A DNA stretch of 64,000 bases from Parcubacteria group bacterium (GCA_016176785.1 JACOWN010000004.1:12558-76557), one strand, 5' to 3'; shown: positions 51,655-61,943, counted from the first letter of the stretch. The notes: generated by a model not told the origin, from the sequence alone. Made by a program: numbers and translations.

Positions 51655-53931
51655 CTACGGCCGCCCTCCCGCGCGGATGATCGCGATCCACTGTGCGGCT
51701 TGTTCCTTAAACCGCGGTTCAAGCTCAGCGGCTTTTTCAAGCTCGCGGATCGCATCCGCCCGCCTCCCCAATTCAACGTATGCGGCGGCGAGAGAAATGT
51801 GCGCTTGAACATCGTTCGGGTTACGACTTAAATAATCGAGCCAGAGCGCAGCGACTTTTTGAAAATTGCCGGCATCAACATATGCGGCAACAAGCGGCGA
51901 GCTGCGGACATCTATCCTGTATAATTGGCCTGCGAGCAATTCTTCAGCGCGTTTCTCGTTTCCGGTGCGGATAAGCATGGTGACGTACAAGTTCAAGGCG
52001 CGACTGTTCTTTGGCTCAAGCGCAAAAGCATCCTCCGTTGCCTTAAGCGCCCCCTTAAAATCGCCCGCATTCAGATACGCGTCAGCCAGCAAAAAATAAA
52101 TGTCTTGCTTTTTTGGCGAAGCGGCAAGAGCCTCCTTGGCATAAAAGAGCGCTTCTTTCGGCATTGAATAAGAGGCGAGAAGCGACACGAGGAACAGGTG
52201 ATATCGCGCGTTCTTGGAATTTTCTCCAATTTGCGCCAATAATTCGCCTTGAGCCAAAGTGAAAAAACTTCGTTTAATCTCTTGCGGAACCGGCGACTGC
52301 GCAAGTGAAATCGTAACTTGCGCAAGCTGTTCGCGCGCTTCGGCTCGTCCTAAATATCCCAAAGCGATCGCTCGTTCAAAGCTACGGAGTTTTTTCTCAA
52401 GTGCCGCCCGTTGTGCATCCGGAGTTCCCGCCCCTTGAGCCTCGCGGAGATCAATGCCCTGAAGAAGCGCGCGATTTGCCAAAATCCCCTTGATATTAAA
52501 AAAATAGACGCCGAAAATAATCGTGACGACGACAAGGGGGGCGACAAAACGCTCCATGATCTCGCGACGGGGCGTCTCCGCGCGCGCTCGTTTGGGAATC
52601 AAAAAAGAAAAAACAGATGGCGCCTTCTCGAACGATTGGCCGTGAATAAACGCGAGAACCAAGAAAAAGAAAACGTAACTTACAACGTTGTCAAAGACGA
52701 AAAGATTTTGAAAAAAATACGCCGCCAAAAGCCCGGTCAAAATGCTTTTTTCGGCGGGGTTGAACCGCTCCGCGCGCCTTTCCCCCCGTTCGTCGTGCCG
52801 ATTGGGATATACCCAAATCGCATACAAAAGAGCTAGAAAGATAGAAAGGTATGCGAGAAGTCCGAGGAAGCCTCCCGCGATAAGCCAGTCAAAAACGACA
52901 TTATGCGCTCGGTCAAACCACGGTTCTTGCGCGTACATCCGCGGGTCGTAGTATTTGCTGAACACAAGCATGAAATTGTCCTGTCCCCAACCGAGAAGCG
53001 GATGCTCTTTCACGCCTTCCCACGACATGCCCCACAAAAGAAAACGCGACTCCCCCACCGAAAGCGATATGTCGGAAAGCCGTCCCAGCGCGGGACTATT
53101 GTGGATGAACTCCGTCTTTCTGACAGCCATGAAGCCGCTTATTAAAATGAGAAGCGCTATGAGCGCCGCGAGCGCGGGCTTTTTCAACGAGGGCGCTTGA
53201 CGGCCGCCCCAAAAGAGCATGAGGCACGCCGTGAGTATCACACCCCCCACAAACGCAAGAATGGCGCCCCTCGTTGCGGTGTTAAATAAAATGAAAAAAT
53301 TAAGCGCTCCCGCAGCCCCGTATGTCCATTTAAGAATTCGGCTTTTGTTCTCTCCGGCAAAAAGAAAGGCGGCGAAGAAAATATGAAAGAGGAGGTACGA
53401 CGCCAGATACGTCGCGTTACCGAAGGTGGCATCAACACGAGCGCCTCCCTGATTTATCACAATGAAACCGAGAAGTTGAAAAATGCTGTAAATTGAAACG
53501 AGAACGCTCACACCAAGCGACGTTTGCAAGAATCGTGTCCACAGGGTGCGCGTCGTGAGCATTGAACCCGCAACGGCGAACAGAGCAACGAGGTGCAGAA
53601 GCGTGATGAGGCCGTCCATCCGTTCATAGTTTGACCAAAAACTCCGCAAGAAATTTTCGCCAAAAATATCGGCGGCGGTGATAATGCCAAGAAAAACAAT
53701 GAGCGTTCCCCAAATCCATGAAAACCGGAGGCGGTAGCGCGCGTCCCGCCACGCCAAAATGAGCCACCCGCCCAGAATAAGCTCAACAATGATCCGGAAT
53801 GCGAAATTTTTTCCCGTAATAAACGGAAAATACATCATTTTGGCGACGACAAAAGGCAGGAACGGAAGCAAAAAAATGCCGCCAATAATGCCGTAGCGAA
53901 GTATTTTGTTGAGCGTTCCATCCGATGGCAT
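51655..53931 (-). CDS. O-antigen ligase/polymerase-like (Wzy_C) polytopic membrane protein with a C-terminal TPR-repeat domain.
   Basis: About 12 TM helices over the first ~430 aa. The C-terminal ~300 aa contain tetratricopeptide repeats (…ALGYLGRAEAREQLAQ…YLNAGDFKGALKATEDAFALEPKNSRAL…). Confidence 0.8.
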   Translation of the reverse strand: MPSDGTLNKILRYGIIGGIFLLPFLPFVVAKMMYFPFITGKNFAFRIIVELILGGWLILAWRDARYRLRFSWIWGTLIVFLGIITAADIFGENFLRSFWSNYERMDGLITLLHLVALFAVAGSMLTTRTLWTRFLQTSLGVSVLVSIYSIFQLLGFIVINQGGARVDATFGNATYLASYLLFHIFFAAFLFAGENKSRILKWTYGAAGALNFFILFNTATRGAILAFVGGVILTACLMLFWGGRQAPSLKKPALAALIALLILISGFMAVRKTEFIHNSPALGRLSDISLSVGESRFLLWGMSWEGVKEHPLLGWGQDNFMLVFSKYYDPRMYAQEPWFDRAHNVVFDWLIAGGFLGLLAYLSIFLALLYAIWVYPNRHDERGERRAERFNPAEKSILTGLLAAYFFQNLFVFDNVVSYVFFFLVLAFIHGQSFEKAPSVFSFLIPKRARAETPRREIMERFVAPLVVVTIIFGVYFFNIKGILANRALLQGIDLREAQGAGTPDAQRAALEKKLRSFERAIALGYLGRAEAREQLAQVTISLAQSPVPQEIKRSFFTLAQGELLAQIGENSKNARYHLFLVSLLASYSMPKEALFYAKEALAASPKKQDIYFLLADAYLNAGDFKGALKATEDAFALEPKNSRALNLYVTMLIRTGNEKRAEELLAGQLYRIDVRSSPLVAAYVDAGNFQKVAALWLDYLSRNPNDVQAHISLAAAYVELGRRADAIRELEKAAELEPRFKEQAAQWIAIIRAGGRP

Positions 53932-54039
53932 TTCCCCACTATACTAAAAACATCATAAAAATGCCACTTTTTGACGGGGCGGCGGTTTTCGGTGTATAGA
54001 TGATGAAGAGCCGGAGTGTCTTGAGAAAGGGCCAGGGGC

Positions 54040-55137
54040 ATGGCGAAGAGCGTTGTGTTTGTCGCTGAGCAGGAAGCGCCGTCTCAGGTTTTTGCGCGTC
54101 TCGCTGATCACATTGCGGGCCGCTACGGCCACGGCGGATGGCTTGCGTGCCATCTCGGCTACGGAGAAAAGATCAGTTCTTTTCCGCGTCTTGCGCGTGA
54201 TGTCGCGGAAGCGGTATGCGTTCTGGCCGGTGTGTCTCCGGAACGAGGTCTCGCGGACGCCGAGGTCGCTGCGTGCGGCACGGCGCATGTAAATGGTATC
54301 CCGTACGGACTCTACGCGGACACATGGAGCCGCGCGAGAGGCACAATGCATTATCCGCGTGAAGTCCGCGCCGCCGCATCATTCATTTTTCTGGCGGACG
54401 AGTGCGACAAGAAAGCCGTGCGGAAACGATTCCCGAACGCAACCGTTACGGTCACCGGCAACCCCATCTGGGAAAGTTTTTTCTTTTCCGAAGACACGAA
54501 GGATGCGGCGCGCGCATTGCTCAGCGGCGCATGCGACATATTCGGCAACCGCATCGCGTTCACGCCGCAGGACTCGGTCATTCTCTGCGCCGGAGGAACG
54601 GACTACGCCGAGAACGTTCTTCACTTCGGCAGCGTTATGAACGCCTTCGCAATGAGCCGAGGACAACTCTGGGCAAAAAATGCCGCCGTCGTTTTTGCGC
54701 CGCATCGAAGGGATTTTTCCGAGCCGGAGGCATACCGCTTCTTTTCGCGATCAGCGAATGGGGTGCGCACCTTCGTGGCGCAAGGGAGCGCGTTCCCGAT
54801 ATCGCGTCTGACCGCCGCTTCCGACCTTGTCGTTGATGCGCGGACATTGGCTGGCGTTGAGGCAATGTGTCTCCGGAAACCGGTCATTGATTTTTGCACC
54901 GCCTTATCAATCGCGCGGTATCGGAATGGGAACGGATACAGCCGTTTTGAACCGTCTCTCCGCGGCGCAGTGCATACGGTATACGGCGACACCAACATGC
55001 TCGCGTTCTCGATCCAGCATTTTTTGGGTTCGGGAGGCGCCGGCATGCGGGAACGCCAAGAATTGTTCATGCCGCGGCCGGAGCGGAAAGGAAGCGCTCT
55101 TGAAAAAATGTATGAGGCGCTGAAGAGATTTTTCTAA
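54040..55137 (+). CDS. Hypothetical GT-B-fold-like protein (paralog A). It has the motif architecture of the UDP-GlcNAc 2-epimerase/LpxB/MurG superfamily, but no specific family is assigned.
   Basis: 365 aa; motifs VVFVAEQEAPS…, TVTGNPIW, ILCAGGTDYAENVLHFG, and SDLVVDARTLAGVEAMCLRKPVIDF. It is clearly paralogous to 55323..56413. Confidence 0.65.
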   Translation: MAKSVVFVAEQEAPSQVFARLADHIAGRYGHGGWLACHLGYGEKISSFPRLARDVAEAVCVLAGVSPERGLADAEVAACGTAHVNGIPYGLYADTWSRARGTMHYPREVRAAASFIFLADECDKKAVRKRFPNATVTVTGNPIWESFFFSEDTKDAARALLSGACDIFGNRIAFTPQDSVILCAGGTDYAENVLHFGSVMNAFAMSRGQLWAKNAAVVFAPHRRDFSEPEAYRFFSRSANGVRTFVAQGSAFPISRLTAASDLVVDARTLAGVEAMCLRKPVIDFCTALSIARYRNGNGYSRFEPSLRGAVHTVYGDTNMLAFSIQHFLGSGGAGMRERQELFMPRPERKGSALEKMYEALKRFF

Positions 55138-55160
55138 CGCAAACGCCTCATGTAGCAAAA

Positions 55161-55183
55161 CCGTCCCCTCGGGACGGTTTTTT
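55161..55183 (+). terminator. Intrinsic terminator after paralog A.
   Basis: CCGTCCCCTCGGGACGGTTTTTT. Confidence 0.8.
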
Positions 55184-55222
55184 ATTGACAGCTGGCCGCC
55201 TGCGTCGCGGGTTAATTAATTT

Positions 55223-55245
55223 GTTCAACATCGGGTGTTGAACAT
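55223..55245. repeat. Palindrome TGTTCAACATCGGGTGTTGAACA, copy 3.
   Basis: It is part of a ~90-bp cassette (terminator, then TTGACAGCTGGCC…TTAATT, then the palindrome) that is duplicated at 56449..56528. Confidence 0.9.
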
Positions 55246-55322
55246 AAAATATGTAGCACTTGACTGTTGGCCGCCTGTGTGCGAGAATGCTTCCGGACGA
55301 AAATACTGTTTGAGAGGCAGAA

Positions 55323-56413
55323 ATGAGCCTGCTGCTCCTTGTCGCTACGGATAAAGCCCCATCGTCCGCATTTGAAAAATTTGCAATCGCTACGAACATG
55401 CGCGAAAGGGGTGAGGCTGCCACTCTCATTGGCCACGGGATAAAGATTTCATCAGGAGAAGTTGGAAGCTCTTTTGCCAAGCTTAACCCGGGTTGCGTGC
55501 TCATCGGCATGTCTTCCAAAGAGATAAACTCCGAGGGAGAAATACGCGCTTGCGAGATCGCGCGTGAGCGCGGCATTCCGTATGGATTCTACGCCGACAC
55601 GTACGGCGCGGTGACCGGGCGGCCACAGTTCACTGCGGCGTTAAAGGAGGGGGCTTCGTTCCTCTTCGTGCGGAATCAGACGGAAGCCGATCGCGCGCGT
55701 GGACACTTCCCGCGCTCCGTTATCGTCGTTTCGGGCAACGTCATGCAGGAGGATTGGTTTTATCCGACCGCTACCTATGAAGACGTGCGCCGGAAGATGG
55801 ACGTCGCGCCCCGGGAACTCGCGGTGCTGTGCCCGTCCGGAAAAGAGCTCGTGGTGAACCTCATCCATTTCGGCGCGGCGATTGAAGCGGCGAAGATATG
55901 CCGTTTGGAACGCCGGATGGATATGCGCGTTTTTCTTGCTATTCATCCGGGCGATCCAAAGGAGAATTATGAACATTACCTGGCTCTTGCGAGATTTTCA
56001 CAGTCGGTGCCAGATTTTCACAGTCGGTGCCGGTTCGCGCAGTGGGAAAAGAAATAATGTCAACGGGAGAGCTTCTGGTCGGATGCGACATCGTGGTCGC
56101 ATCCATGTCAACAGTAAGCGACGAGGCGGCGTGCCAGCGAAAACCCGTCATTGATTTCATGAGTGACATAGCGCTTGGAATACACGAAAAAACAGCCGGA
56201 CGCCGCGACTGGGAACCGTGCAATGAGGGAGCTTCGTTCCCGGTCCACGGAGACACCGGTGCACTTGCGCACGCCATGCACGGACTGCTTGCGGAAGGAT
56301 CTCCGCTTCGGGTTGAGCAGCGAAAAAATCAGGAACGCATGTTCCCTCTGCCGCGGGAACGCGGAGAAGCAGTGCGCCTGATGCACGAAACTATCGTAAA
56401 GTTCCTTAAGTAA
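55323..56413 (+). pseudogene. Paralog B of the GT-B-like gene, disrupted by a 20-bp tandem duplication that splits it into ORFs 55323..56057 and 56027..56413.
   Basis: The two ORFs align collinearly with paralog A (GIPYGFYADTYG vs GIPYGLYADTWS; QRKPVIDFMSD vs LRKPVIDFCTA; VHGDTGALAHAMHGLL vs VYGDTNMLAFSIQHFL). Removing one 20-bp copy restores a single frame. Confidence 0.7.
55992..56031. repeat. Perfect 20-bp tandem direct duplication (AGATTTTCACAGTCGGTGCC)x2.
   Basis: Read directly. 20 nt is not a multiple of 3, so it causes the frameshift in paralog B. Confidence 0.95.
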
Positions 56414-56430
56414 TAAAGTTCCTTAAGTAA
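56397..56430. repeat. Perfect 17-bp tandem duplication (TAAAGTTCCTTAAGTAA)x2 spanning the paralog B stop codon.
   Basis: Read directly. It duplicates the last 4 codons and the stop. Confidence 0.95.
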
Positions 56431-56448
56431 AACCCGCAACCGCAAACA

Positions 56449-56471
56449 CCGTCCCCTCGGGACGGTTTTTT
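56449..56471 (+). terminator. Intrinsic terminator after paralog B, identical to the one at 55161.
   Basis: CCGTCCCCTCGGGACGGTTTTTT. Confidence 0.8.
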
Positions 56472-56505
56472 ATTGACAGCTGGCCACCTGCGTCGTGGAT
56501 TAATT

Positions 56506-56528
56506 TGTTCAACATCGGGTGTTGAACA
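56506..56528. repeat. Palindrome TGTTCAACATCGGGTGTTGAACA, copy 4.
   Basis: Perfect copy, in the second cassette. Confidence 0.9.
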
Positions 56529-56553
56529 AAGCGGTTTTTAAAATGTATAGCGA

Positions 56554-56587
56554 ATATGTGCCCAAAAAGGACCCGTCCTTCTCCTGC
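56554..56587. repeat. Composite repeat, copy f: AAAAAGGACCCGTCCTT plus TTTATCCACAGCGG.
   Basis: It sits just downstream of the cytidylyltransferase stop, on the minus strand. Confidence 0.8.
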
Positions 56588-56601
56588 TTTATCCACAGCG
56601 G

Positions 56602-57117
56602 CTATGAGTGATATTTTTCCAGCAATTCCGAGCTTGAGCGGATCTTATCGCCTCCGACATTAAAAATCATTTTAACGCCGAGTTTTTTACAGATGTCCGC
56701 TTCGGGAATGTCTTTTTCATTGCGGCGGTCGCCGCCGTTCGCAAAAATATGCGGACGAAACTTTTCAATTGCGGGAACGACATCGTTGCGTTCGCTTTCC
56801 AAAATAAAAACCTCGTCAACGCATCTCATGCTCCTGATGAGTTCGGCTCTATCGTCCTGCGACATAAACGCTTTCCCCTTCTTTCGAACAAGCCACCGGT
56901 CGCAATTCAGGACAACCACAAGCCGCGTGCCGAGTTTTTTCGCTTCTTCAAAGAGACGCAGGTGCCCCACGTGCAGCGGGTCAAAGCCGCCGCTTACCAT
57001 AACGACGGTTTCTTCAATGCGGCCGTAGTCGTCCTCGTGCCGGATGACGTCTTCTTCCCGCGGCTCTCCGAGCGCGACCTCGACATACGCTCCGCGGTAC
57101 AGCCGGTGTTTTTCCAT
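56602..57117 (-). CDS. Cytidylyltransferase-like nucleotidyltransferase (RfaE domain II/HldE-C-like, or glycerol-3-phosphate cytidylyltransferase family).
   Basis: HxGH motif in VMVSGGFDPLHVGHLRLFEEAKKLG, and a C-terminal …FANGGD…STSELL block. The start is at MEKHRLY. Confidence 0.8.
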   Translation of the reverse strand: MEKHRLYRGAYVEVALGEPREEDVIRHEDDYGRIEETVVMVSGGFDPLHVGHLRLFEEAKKLGTRLVVVLNCDRWLVRKKGKAFMSQDDRAELIRSMRCVDEVFILESERNDVVPAIEKFRPHIFANGGDRRNEKDIPEADICKKLGVKMIFNVGGDKIRSSSELLEKYHS

Positions 57118-57300
57118 CGGATTCACTTTGTATAATCCGAGGTGCCATTCGCTTCTCTTTGCGTGCGACTGCAAACTGGTGCGACCGGTGACGAACAGGA
57201 ACTTAAGCCAAAAATGCCTGCGGTGGAAAAACTTCCACATGCGGCCCCATGGCCTTTTTTCGTGCATTAACATAGGCAAATGCGAGTGGCGGCCCTTTCT

Positions 57301-58389
57301 TTACCCGCCGAGAGACGCTTTGGTCTTCCGCGCTTCTCCCGGCACAAAGCGCTCGTACCTTCCGTCGGTATATTGGAAAGCGTCTCCGGAAGAATGCCGG
57401 TATTCGTAACCGTGCTGCCGCGTCAATTTTGAACCGTCCATAACGATCGGGTATGAGTAAAACCGCCACACGCCGCGCGATGTGGGAACTTTGCCGCGCG
57501 TCAGATGCCAGAAAACGAAGTACGCGAGCCGGACCATCCACGGCGAAACGCGGAGCACTCGCTTCCCCACCGCGCGCGCCATATCGGGCGCAAATACCGG
57601 CTCCCCCGGCGGCGTAATGTTATACACCTCATACGCCCCCGGAACGTCCCGCAGAGACAGAAGCTCAACGATGTCCGTAACGTCATCTTCATGAATGAAT
57701 TGCCTCACCCACCACGGCGTCGCCGGCACAAAGGAAACCATAAGTGAAATGACCCGATACACGGCGTCCCCCTTCAGTTGCCCGGCGAGCGCCGATTGAA
57801 GACCGAAGCGCGTCCGCATAAACCGCCCGCGCGGACCGGTAATGGCCGCCGGACGGATGACGAATACCTGCGTCGTGCCGTTCGCTCTGTTGGAGGACCC
57901 CCGCCACAGCCGATGGAGCGATTCCTCAACGTGTTTTTTTTCAGCCCCGTACGAGTACTCCTCCTCGCGCATCGGTTCGTCCTCGGTAAACCGATGCTCC
58001 GCCGAGTTGGTCCGATATGCTCCGTATACCGCCGCGCTTGAGAAATAAATGAGTTTTTTTACCGACGGCGTCTTAAAAGCGAAAGTAAAAACATTTTCGG
58101 AACCGTCCACATTCCAGCGCCGCTGCAGGCCGCTCCGTCCATAGAGTTCTCTGATCTGCCACGCCGTATGAATAACCACATCGGGTTTTTTCTCCCGGAC
58201 CGTCGTCTGCCACGAATGGTCGGCGGTATTCGCCGTGATCCAGAAGATTTTTGCATTGTTCGTCAAAAGGTCCGGTTGCGGTTCCTTATCAAGCGCGACA
58301 ATGAGGGACACGTCGTCCCGTTTTGAAAACTGGTCGCAGAGCATTGCGCCCACATATCCCGCCGCGCCGGTTATAAATAATGTTTTCAT
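57301..58389 (-). CDS. NAD-dependent epimerase/dehydratase (SDR family).
   Basis: Rossmann motif MKTLFITGAAGYVGAML and the catalytic YxxxK motif YGAEK; 362 aa. Confidence 0.85.
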   Translation of the reverse strand: MKTLFITGAAGYVGAMLCDQFSKRDDVSLIVALDKEPQPDLLTNNAKIFWITANTADHSWQTTVREKKPDVVIHTAWQIRELYGRSGLQRRWNVDGSENVFTFAFKTPSVKKLIYFSSAAVYGAYRTNSAEHRFTEDEPMREEEYSYGAEKKHVEESLHRLWRGSSNRANGTTQVFVIRPAAITGPRGRFMRTRFGLQSALAGQLKGDAVYRVISLMVSFVPATPWWVRQFIHEDDVTDIVELLSLRDVPGAYEVYNITPPGEPVFAPDMARAVGKRVLRVSPWMVRLAYFVFWHLTRGKVPTSRGVWRFYSYPIVMDGSKLTRQHGYEYRHSSGDAFQYTDGRYERFVPGEARKTKASLGG

Positions 58390-58422
58390 TGTATAGCGCC
58401 TATCACCGCGTGCATGACTCCC

Positions 58423-59763
58423 CTACCTTCCCGTTCGCGACAAAAGCGTCTTGACGGTCCGCAGGGCGATGACGAGGTCAAGGATGAACGACCGATTCTT
58501 TACATAATACAGGTCGTACGAGAGCCGCACCTTCATCTCCTCAATGGACTGCGGCTGGGTTTCCTGCTTGATCTGCGCCCAACCGGAAAGACCGGGGGTG
58601 ATGAGGTAGCGCGCGTCATAGTACGGCACTTCCTTACGGACCCGCTCCGCAATGCCCACCGTATCGGGGCGAGGCCCGATGAGCGACAGATCGCCGCGCA
58701 CCACATTCCACAGTTGGGGGAGCTCATCAAGGCGCGTTTTGCGAAGCACTCGCCCCACCCGCGTCGGCACATTGTCGCCTTCCCCGGGCCAGATGCCTTC
58801 CCGATTCCTGCGCAAGCTCCGGAACTTAAAGAGCGTGATAGATGCGCCTCCGCGGCCCACGCGCTCGTGGCGGTAGAGCACCGGCCCGCGGTCACTCACC
58901 CATACCGTTGCGGCGGCGAAAGGAAATAAGACCGCAAACAGGACAAGCAGGGGCAGGGCGATAATGACGTCAAACGAACGCTTCAATGTATCATACACGG
59001 GGCGCGATGATTGCGACAAGTGTTCCAAAAACCACTGATGCCGAACGAGTGACAGCGGAATGCGTTCAAAAACGGACTCATAGAGCGTGTCCAGGTCAAT
59101 GACCTCTACGCCGCGAAAGAGCAACCGGTACAAGACGGGCAGCGCCTCACGGCACTGTTCGTGTCCCATGTCTACCACAACGGCATTCGCCTTCCCCGCG
59201 AGCACGCTCTCCTCAATGCGGCGCGCAAGCGCCTTCGGCTCTATCTTGTGGGGATACAGCCGCTCAATAATGTGAAATCCGTAATAATCGTTTTTGCCGA
59301 GCGTTTCGTACAACTCCTTCGCTTCCGCGCCGCTGCCGACGAGCACCGCGCGTATGAGTTCCGCACGGCGAAGAAACCGTCCGATGTATAAACGCCATCC
59401 CAGAATGAAGAACGAGGAAACGATGAGATAAATGAACAGGTTGGTCTTGGGCGTGATGCTAAAATACGGAATGAGATAAAAGAAAAAAACCGCGATGACG
59501 ATATTCACGCTCTGGGTCCGCGCCAGATTTGAAAGCAATTTCTTTTTTGAAAAAACAGTCGCTTGGTCGTAGAGGCCCGCAATAATGAAAACGACGACCC
59601 AAAGGATAATGAGGATGGAAAAAGGCGCAATGTGGTCAGTGAATGCCGCCGGGTCTGGAAAGGAAGCTGAGCGAATCGCGAGCGCGGCAAGGAGCGCAGC
59701 GTAAAAAAGCGCCGTATCGCCGAGAAGCAAAAGCGCCATGCGCATAATCGGGCGGTTCCACAT
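58423..59763 (-). CDS. Polyprenyl glycosylphosphotransferase (WbaP/EpsL-like sugar transferase).
   Basis: N-terminal TM helices. The C-terminal bacterial sugar transferase domain has …ITLFKFRSL…GPRPDTVG…PGLSGWAQI. Confidence 0.85.
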   Translation of the reverse strand: MWNRPIMRMALLLLGDTALFYAALLAALAIRSASFPDPAAFTDHIAPFSILIILWVVVFIIAGLYDQATVFSKKKLLSNLARTQSVNIVIAVFFFYLIPYFSITPKTNLFIYLIVSSFFILGWRLYIGRFLRRAELIRAVLVGSGAEAKELYETLGKNDYYGFHIIERLYPHKIEPKALARRIEESVLAGKANAVVVDMGHEQCREALPVLYRLLFRGVEVIDLDTLYESVFERIPLSLVRHQWFLEHLSQSSRPVYDTLKRSFDVIIALPLLVLFAVLFPFAAATVWVSDRGPVLYRHERVGRGGASITLFKFRSLRRNREGIWPGEGDNVPTRVGRVLRKTRLDELPQLWNVVRGDLSLIGPRPDTVGIAERVRKEVPYYDARYLITPGLSGWAQIKQETQPQSIEEMKVRLSYDLYYVKNRSFILDLVIALRTVKTLLSRTGR

Positions 59764-59878
59764 AGTACATATCTATAACATAAAGGCGCTCGCGGAGGTT
59801 ATATACAAGACAGGCCTTCTGTGGCATCCGAAGCACTCACCAGACACCTCCGCACCGCCTGCGGCGTGATCACATCGC

Positions 59879-61063
59879 ATGCAGAAGAACAAGCACAAAA
59901 CAAAAATACTCTACGTCATCACGAAATCAAACTTCGGCGGTGCGCAGCGGTATGTATATGACCTTGCGACGTCTCTCCCGCGGGAGGATTTTGACGTTGC
60001 CGTTGCGCTCGGCGGCGATGGGCTGTTGAAGCAGAAACTTGACGAGGCGGGTGTGCGCACCGTATCCATGCCGTCGCTCCAGCGCGACATACGCGTCGCA
60101 AAAGAATTAAAAACTTTATGGCGCCTGTTCCTCCTCATTCGCCGCGAGCGCCCGCGCGTCCTCCACCTGAACAGCTCCAAAGCCGGCGCGCTCGGCGTCC
60201 TCGCCGCTCGCCTTCATAATATGACGGCTCAAGACCGTGAGCTAAAAACTAAAATCATCTTCACCGCGCACGGCTGGGCATTTAACGAGGACCGCCCGTG
60301 GTGGCAAAAAGAATGTTTCCTCGTTCTTTACTGGCTTATCGTTCTTTTGTCCCACCGGACGGTTGCCGTGTCGCAGGCGGCAAAAGATCAGGTTGCGCAC
60401 CTGCCGTTCATCGGCAAAAAAATCATCGTTATACATAACGGCGTTTCGGCTGAGAAAATGCTTGAACGCGCCGCGGCGCGGCGCGCGCTCGCGCGGCGCG
60501 CCGGCATCCCCGAGGCCGAAGCAGAAAATGCGCTGTGGATAGGCACGGTGGCGGAACTTCATAAAACCAAGGGGCTCAACTGCGCACTTGAGGCGATCCG
60601 CCTTCTCGGCGCGGCGCGGAAAAAAATTATCTACGCCGTTTTAGGCGAAGGAGAAGAACGGCGAGCGCTTGAGGAGCTCATAAAAATACACGGCCTTGAA
60701 GACCGCGTGTACCTTCCCGGATTCATTCCGAATGCAGCCGCATGCCTCAGCGCGTTTGATATTTTCACGCTTCCCTCCGTTTCCGAAGCCCTTGCGTACG
60801 CCGTCCTTGAAGCGGGGAGCGCCGGACTCCCCGTCGTTGCGACGAAAGTCGGCGGCATACCCGAGATCATCACCCATGAAGAGAACGGGCTCCTCGTTCC
60901 GCCACGGGAACCGCTTCGCCTCGCTCATGCGCTCGGCATCCTTATGGAAGATGCGGAAAAACGGGAGCGGTTCGGGGCGCGCCTTAAAGAAAAAGTAGAG
61001 TCCTCCTTCGCAAAAGAAAAAATGCTCCGCGAAACGAGCGTTCTTTACAGCGCGCGATTTTAA
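59879..61063 (+). CDS. Glycosyltransferase family 4.
   Basis: GT-B fold; a C-terminal EX7E region (…[33 protein letters not shown]…ENGLLV…). Confidence 0.85.
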   Translation: MQKNKHKTKILYVITKSNFGGAQRYVYDLATSLPREDFDVAVALGGDGLLKQKLDEAGVRTVSMPSLQRDIRVAKELKTLWRLFLLIRRERPRVLHLNSSKAGALGVLAARLHNMTAQDRELKTKIIFTAHGWAFNEDRPWWQKECFLVLYWLIVLLSHRTVAVSQAAKDQVAHLPFIGKKIIVIHNGVSAEKMLERAAARRALARRAGIPEAEAENALWIGTVAELHKTKGLNCALEAIRLLGAARKKIIYAVLGEGEERRALEELIKIHGLEDRVYLPGFIPNAAACLSAFDIFTLPSVSEALAYAVLEAGSAGLPVVATKVGGIPEIITHEENGLLVPPREPLRLAHALGILMEDAEKRERFGARLKEKVESSFAKEKMLRETSVLYSARF

Positions 61064-61587
61064 AACCGCGCGTTTTTTTGCAGCGCTTCCACGAGCATCG
61101 CAACCGCTTCGTCGATGCTCACCTGGTTGGTTTTGACGACCACCTCCGCATCGGTCGGTTTTTCATAAGGATTTTTTTCGCTCATGCCGATGAGATCCCC
61201 GATATCTCCGGCACGCGCTTTTTTGTAAAGCCCTTTCACATCGCGCGCTTCGCATACAGCAAGCGGGCAGTCAACAAAAACCTCAATATAGTTCTCACCC
61301 ACAATGCGGCGGTTTTCTTTCCTGTCCTCCGCATACGGCGAAATAACCGGTACAAGGATGACATCATGCGCTCTCTTTTTCTCGCACGCCAACTCGGCGA
61401 TGAGGCGATTATTCTCCCGTATGTCCTCGCGCGAAAAGCCGAGGGGCTTTTCGCGCTTATCCCTCACATCGTCGCCGTCAATGATAACGACACTCTTTCG
61501 TTGTTTTTTGAGCGCCTCGGCAAACGCCTCGGCAAGCGTCGTCTTGCCGGAGCCGGAAAGTCCCGTGAGCCATACAACAAGTCCCAT
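61060..61587 (-). CDS. cysC: Adenylylsulfate (APS) kinase.
   Basis: P-loop VWLTGLSGSGKTTLA and the …IIDGDDVR… motif; 175 aa. Confidence 0.88.
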   Translation of the reverse strand: MGLVVWLTGLSGSGKTTLAEAFAEALKKQRKSVVIIDGDDVRDKREKPLGFSREDIRENNRLIAELACEKKRAHDVILVPVISPYAEDRKENRRIVGENYIEVFVDCPLAVCEARDVKGLYKKARAGDIGDLIGMSEKNPYEKPTDAEVVVKTNQVSIDEAVAMLVEALQKNARF

Positions 61588-61624
61588 ACTATATCTATAA
61601 CTAGCACACGTATAAAAAAGTAAA

Positions 61625-61647
61625 CCCCCACACCTTTTCTCTCATTG
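61625..61647. repeat. Left 23-bp inverted repeat (CCCCCACACCTTTTCTCTCATTG) of an AT-rich islet.
   Basis: It matches the reverse complement of 61920..61942 at 22 of 23 positions. Confidence 0.85.
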
Positions 61648-61903
61648 CAGACTTTCAGTAATTCTTCTTTTGAGTTGCGTTAATGCTTTGCCATCTTTTT
61701 TGAGAGTTGCTTCTCTTTTTCTCGCGTCACCCTCGCTATAAAATGCCTCGTAGTAGCGCAACTCCAGAGGACGCCTTGGTTTTGTGGATGGCACCTCTCC
61801 TCCGTTATGTCCTCTCGGGTCTGCGTCTCAAATCATTGGTGCATCCAATGTAGAGCTTCTCATCTTTTTTACTTTTCAAAATATAAAGATAAAACACCAG
61901 CTT
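61642..61903 (-). pseudogene. GIY-YIG nuclease (UPF0213/YhbQ-like) remnant, frameshifted and lacking a recognisable start codon.
   Basis: Frame 1 gives KLVFYLYILKSKKDEKLYIGCTNDLRRR, then a stop. After skipping one nucleotide the reading continues as PRGHNGGEVPSTKPRRPLELRYYEAFYSEGDARKREATLKKDGKALTQLKRRITESLQ, the typical C-terminal half of the family. No ATG/GTG start codon. Confidence 0.6.
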
Positions 61904-61919
61904 ATTATATGATTTGAGA

Positions 61920-61942
61920 CAATGAGAGGAAAGGTGTGGGGG
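61920..61942. repeat. Right 23-bp inverted repeat (CAATGAGAGGAAAGGTGTGGGGG). It is preceded by a 12-bp inner inverted repeat, ATGATTTGAGAC (61909..61920), which pairs with GTCTCAAATCAT at 61825..61836.
   Basis: Read directly. The outer IRs bracket the GIY-YIG remnant and a sharp local drop in GC content. Confidence 0.85.
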
Positions 61943-61943
61943 T

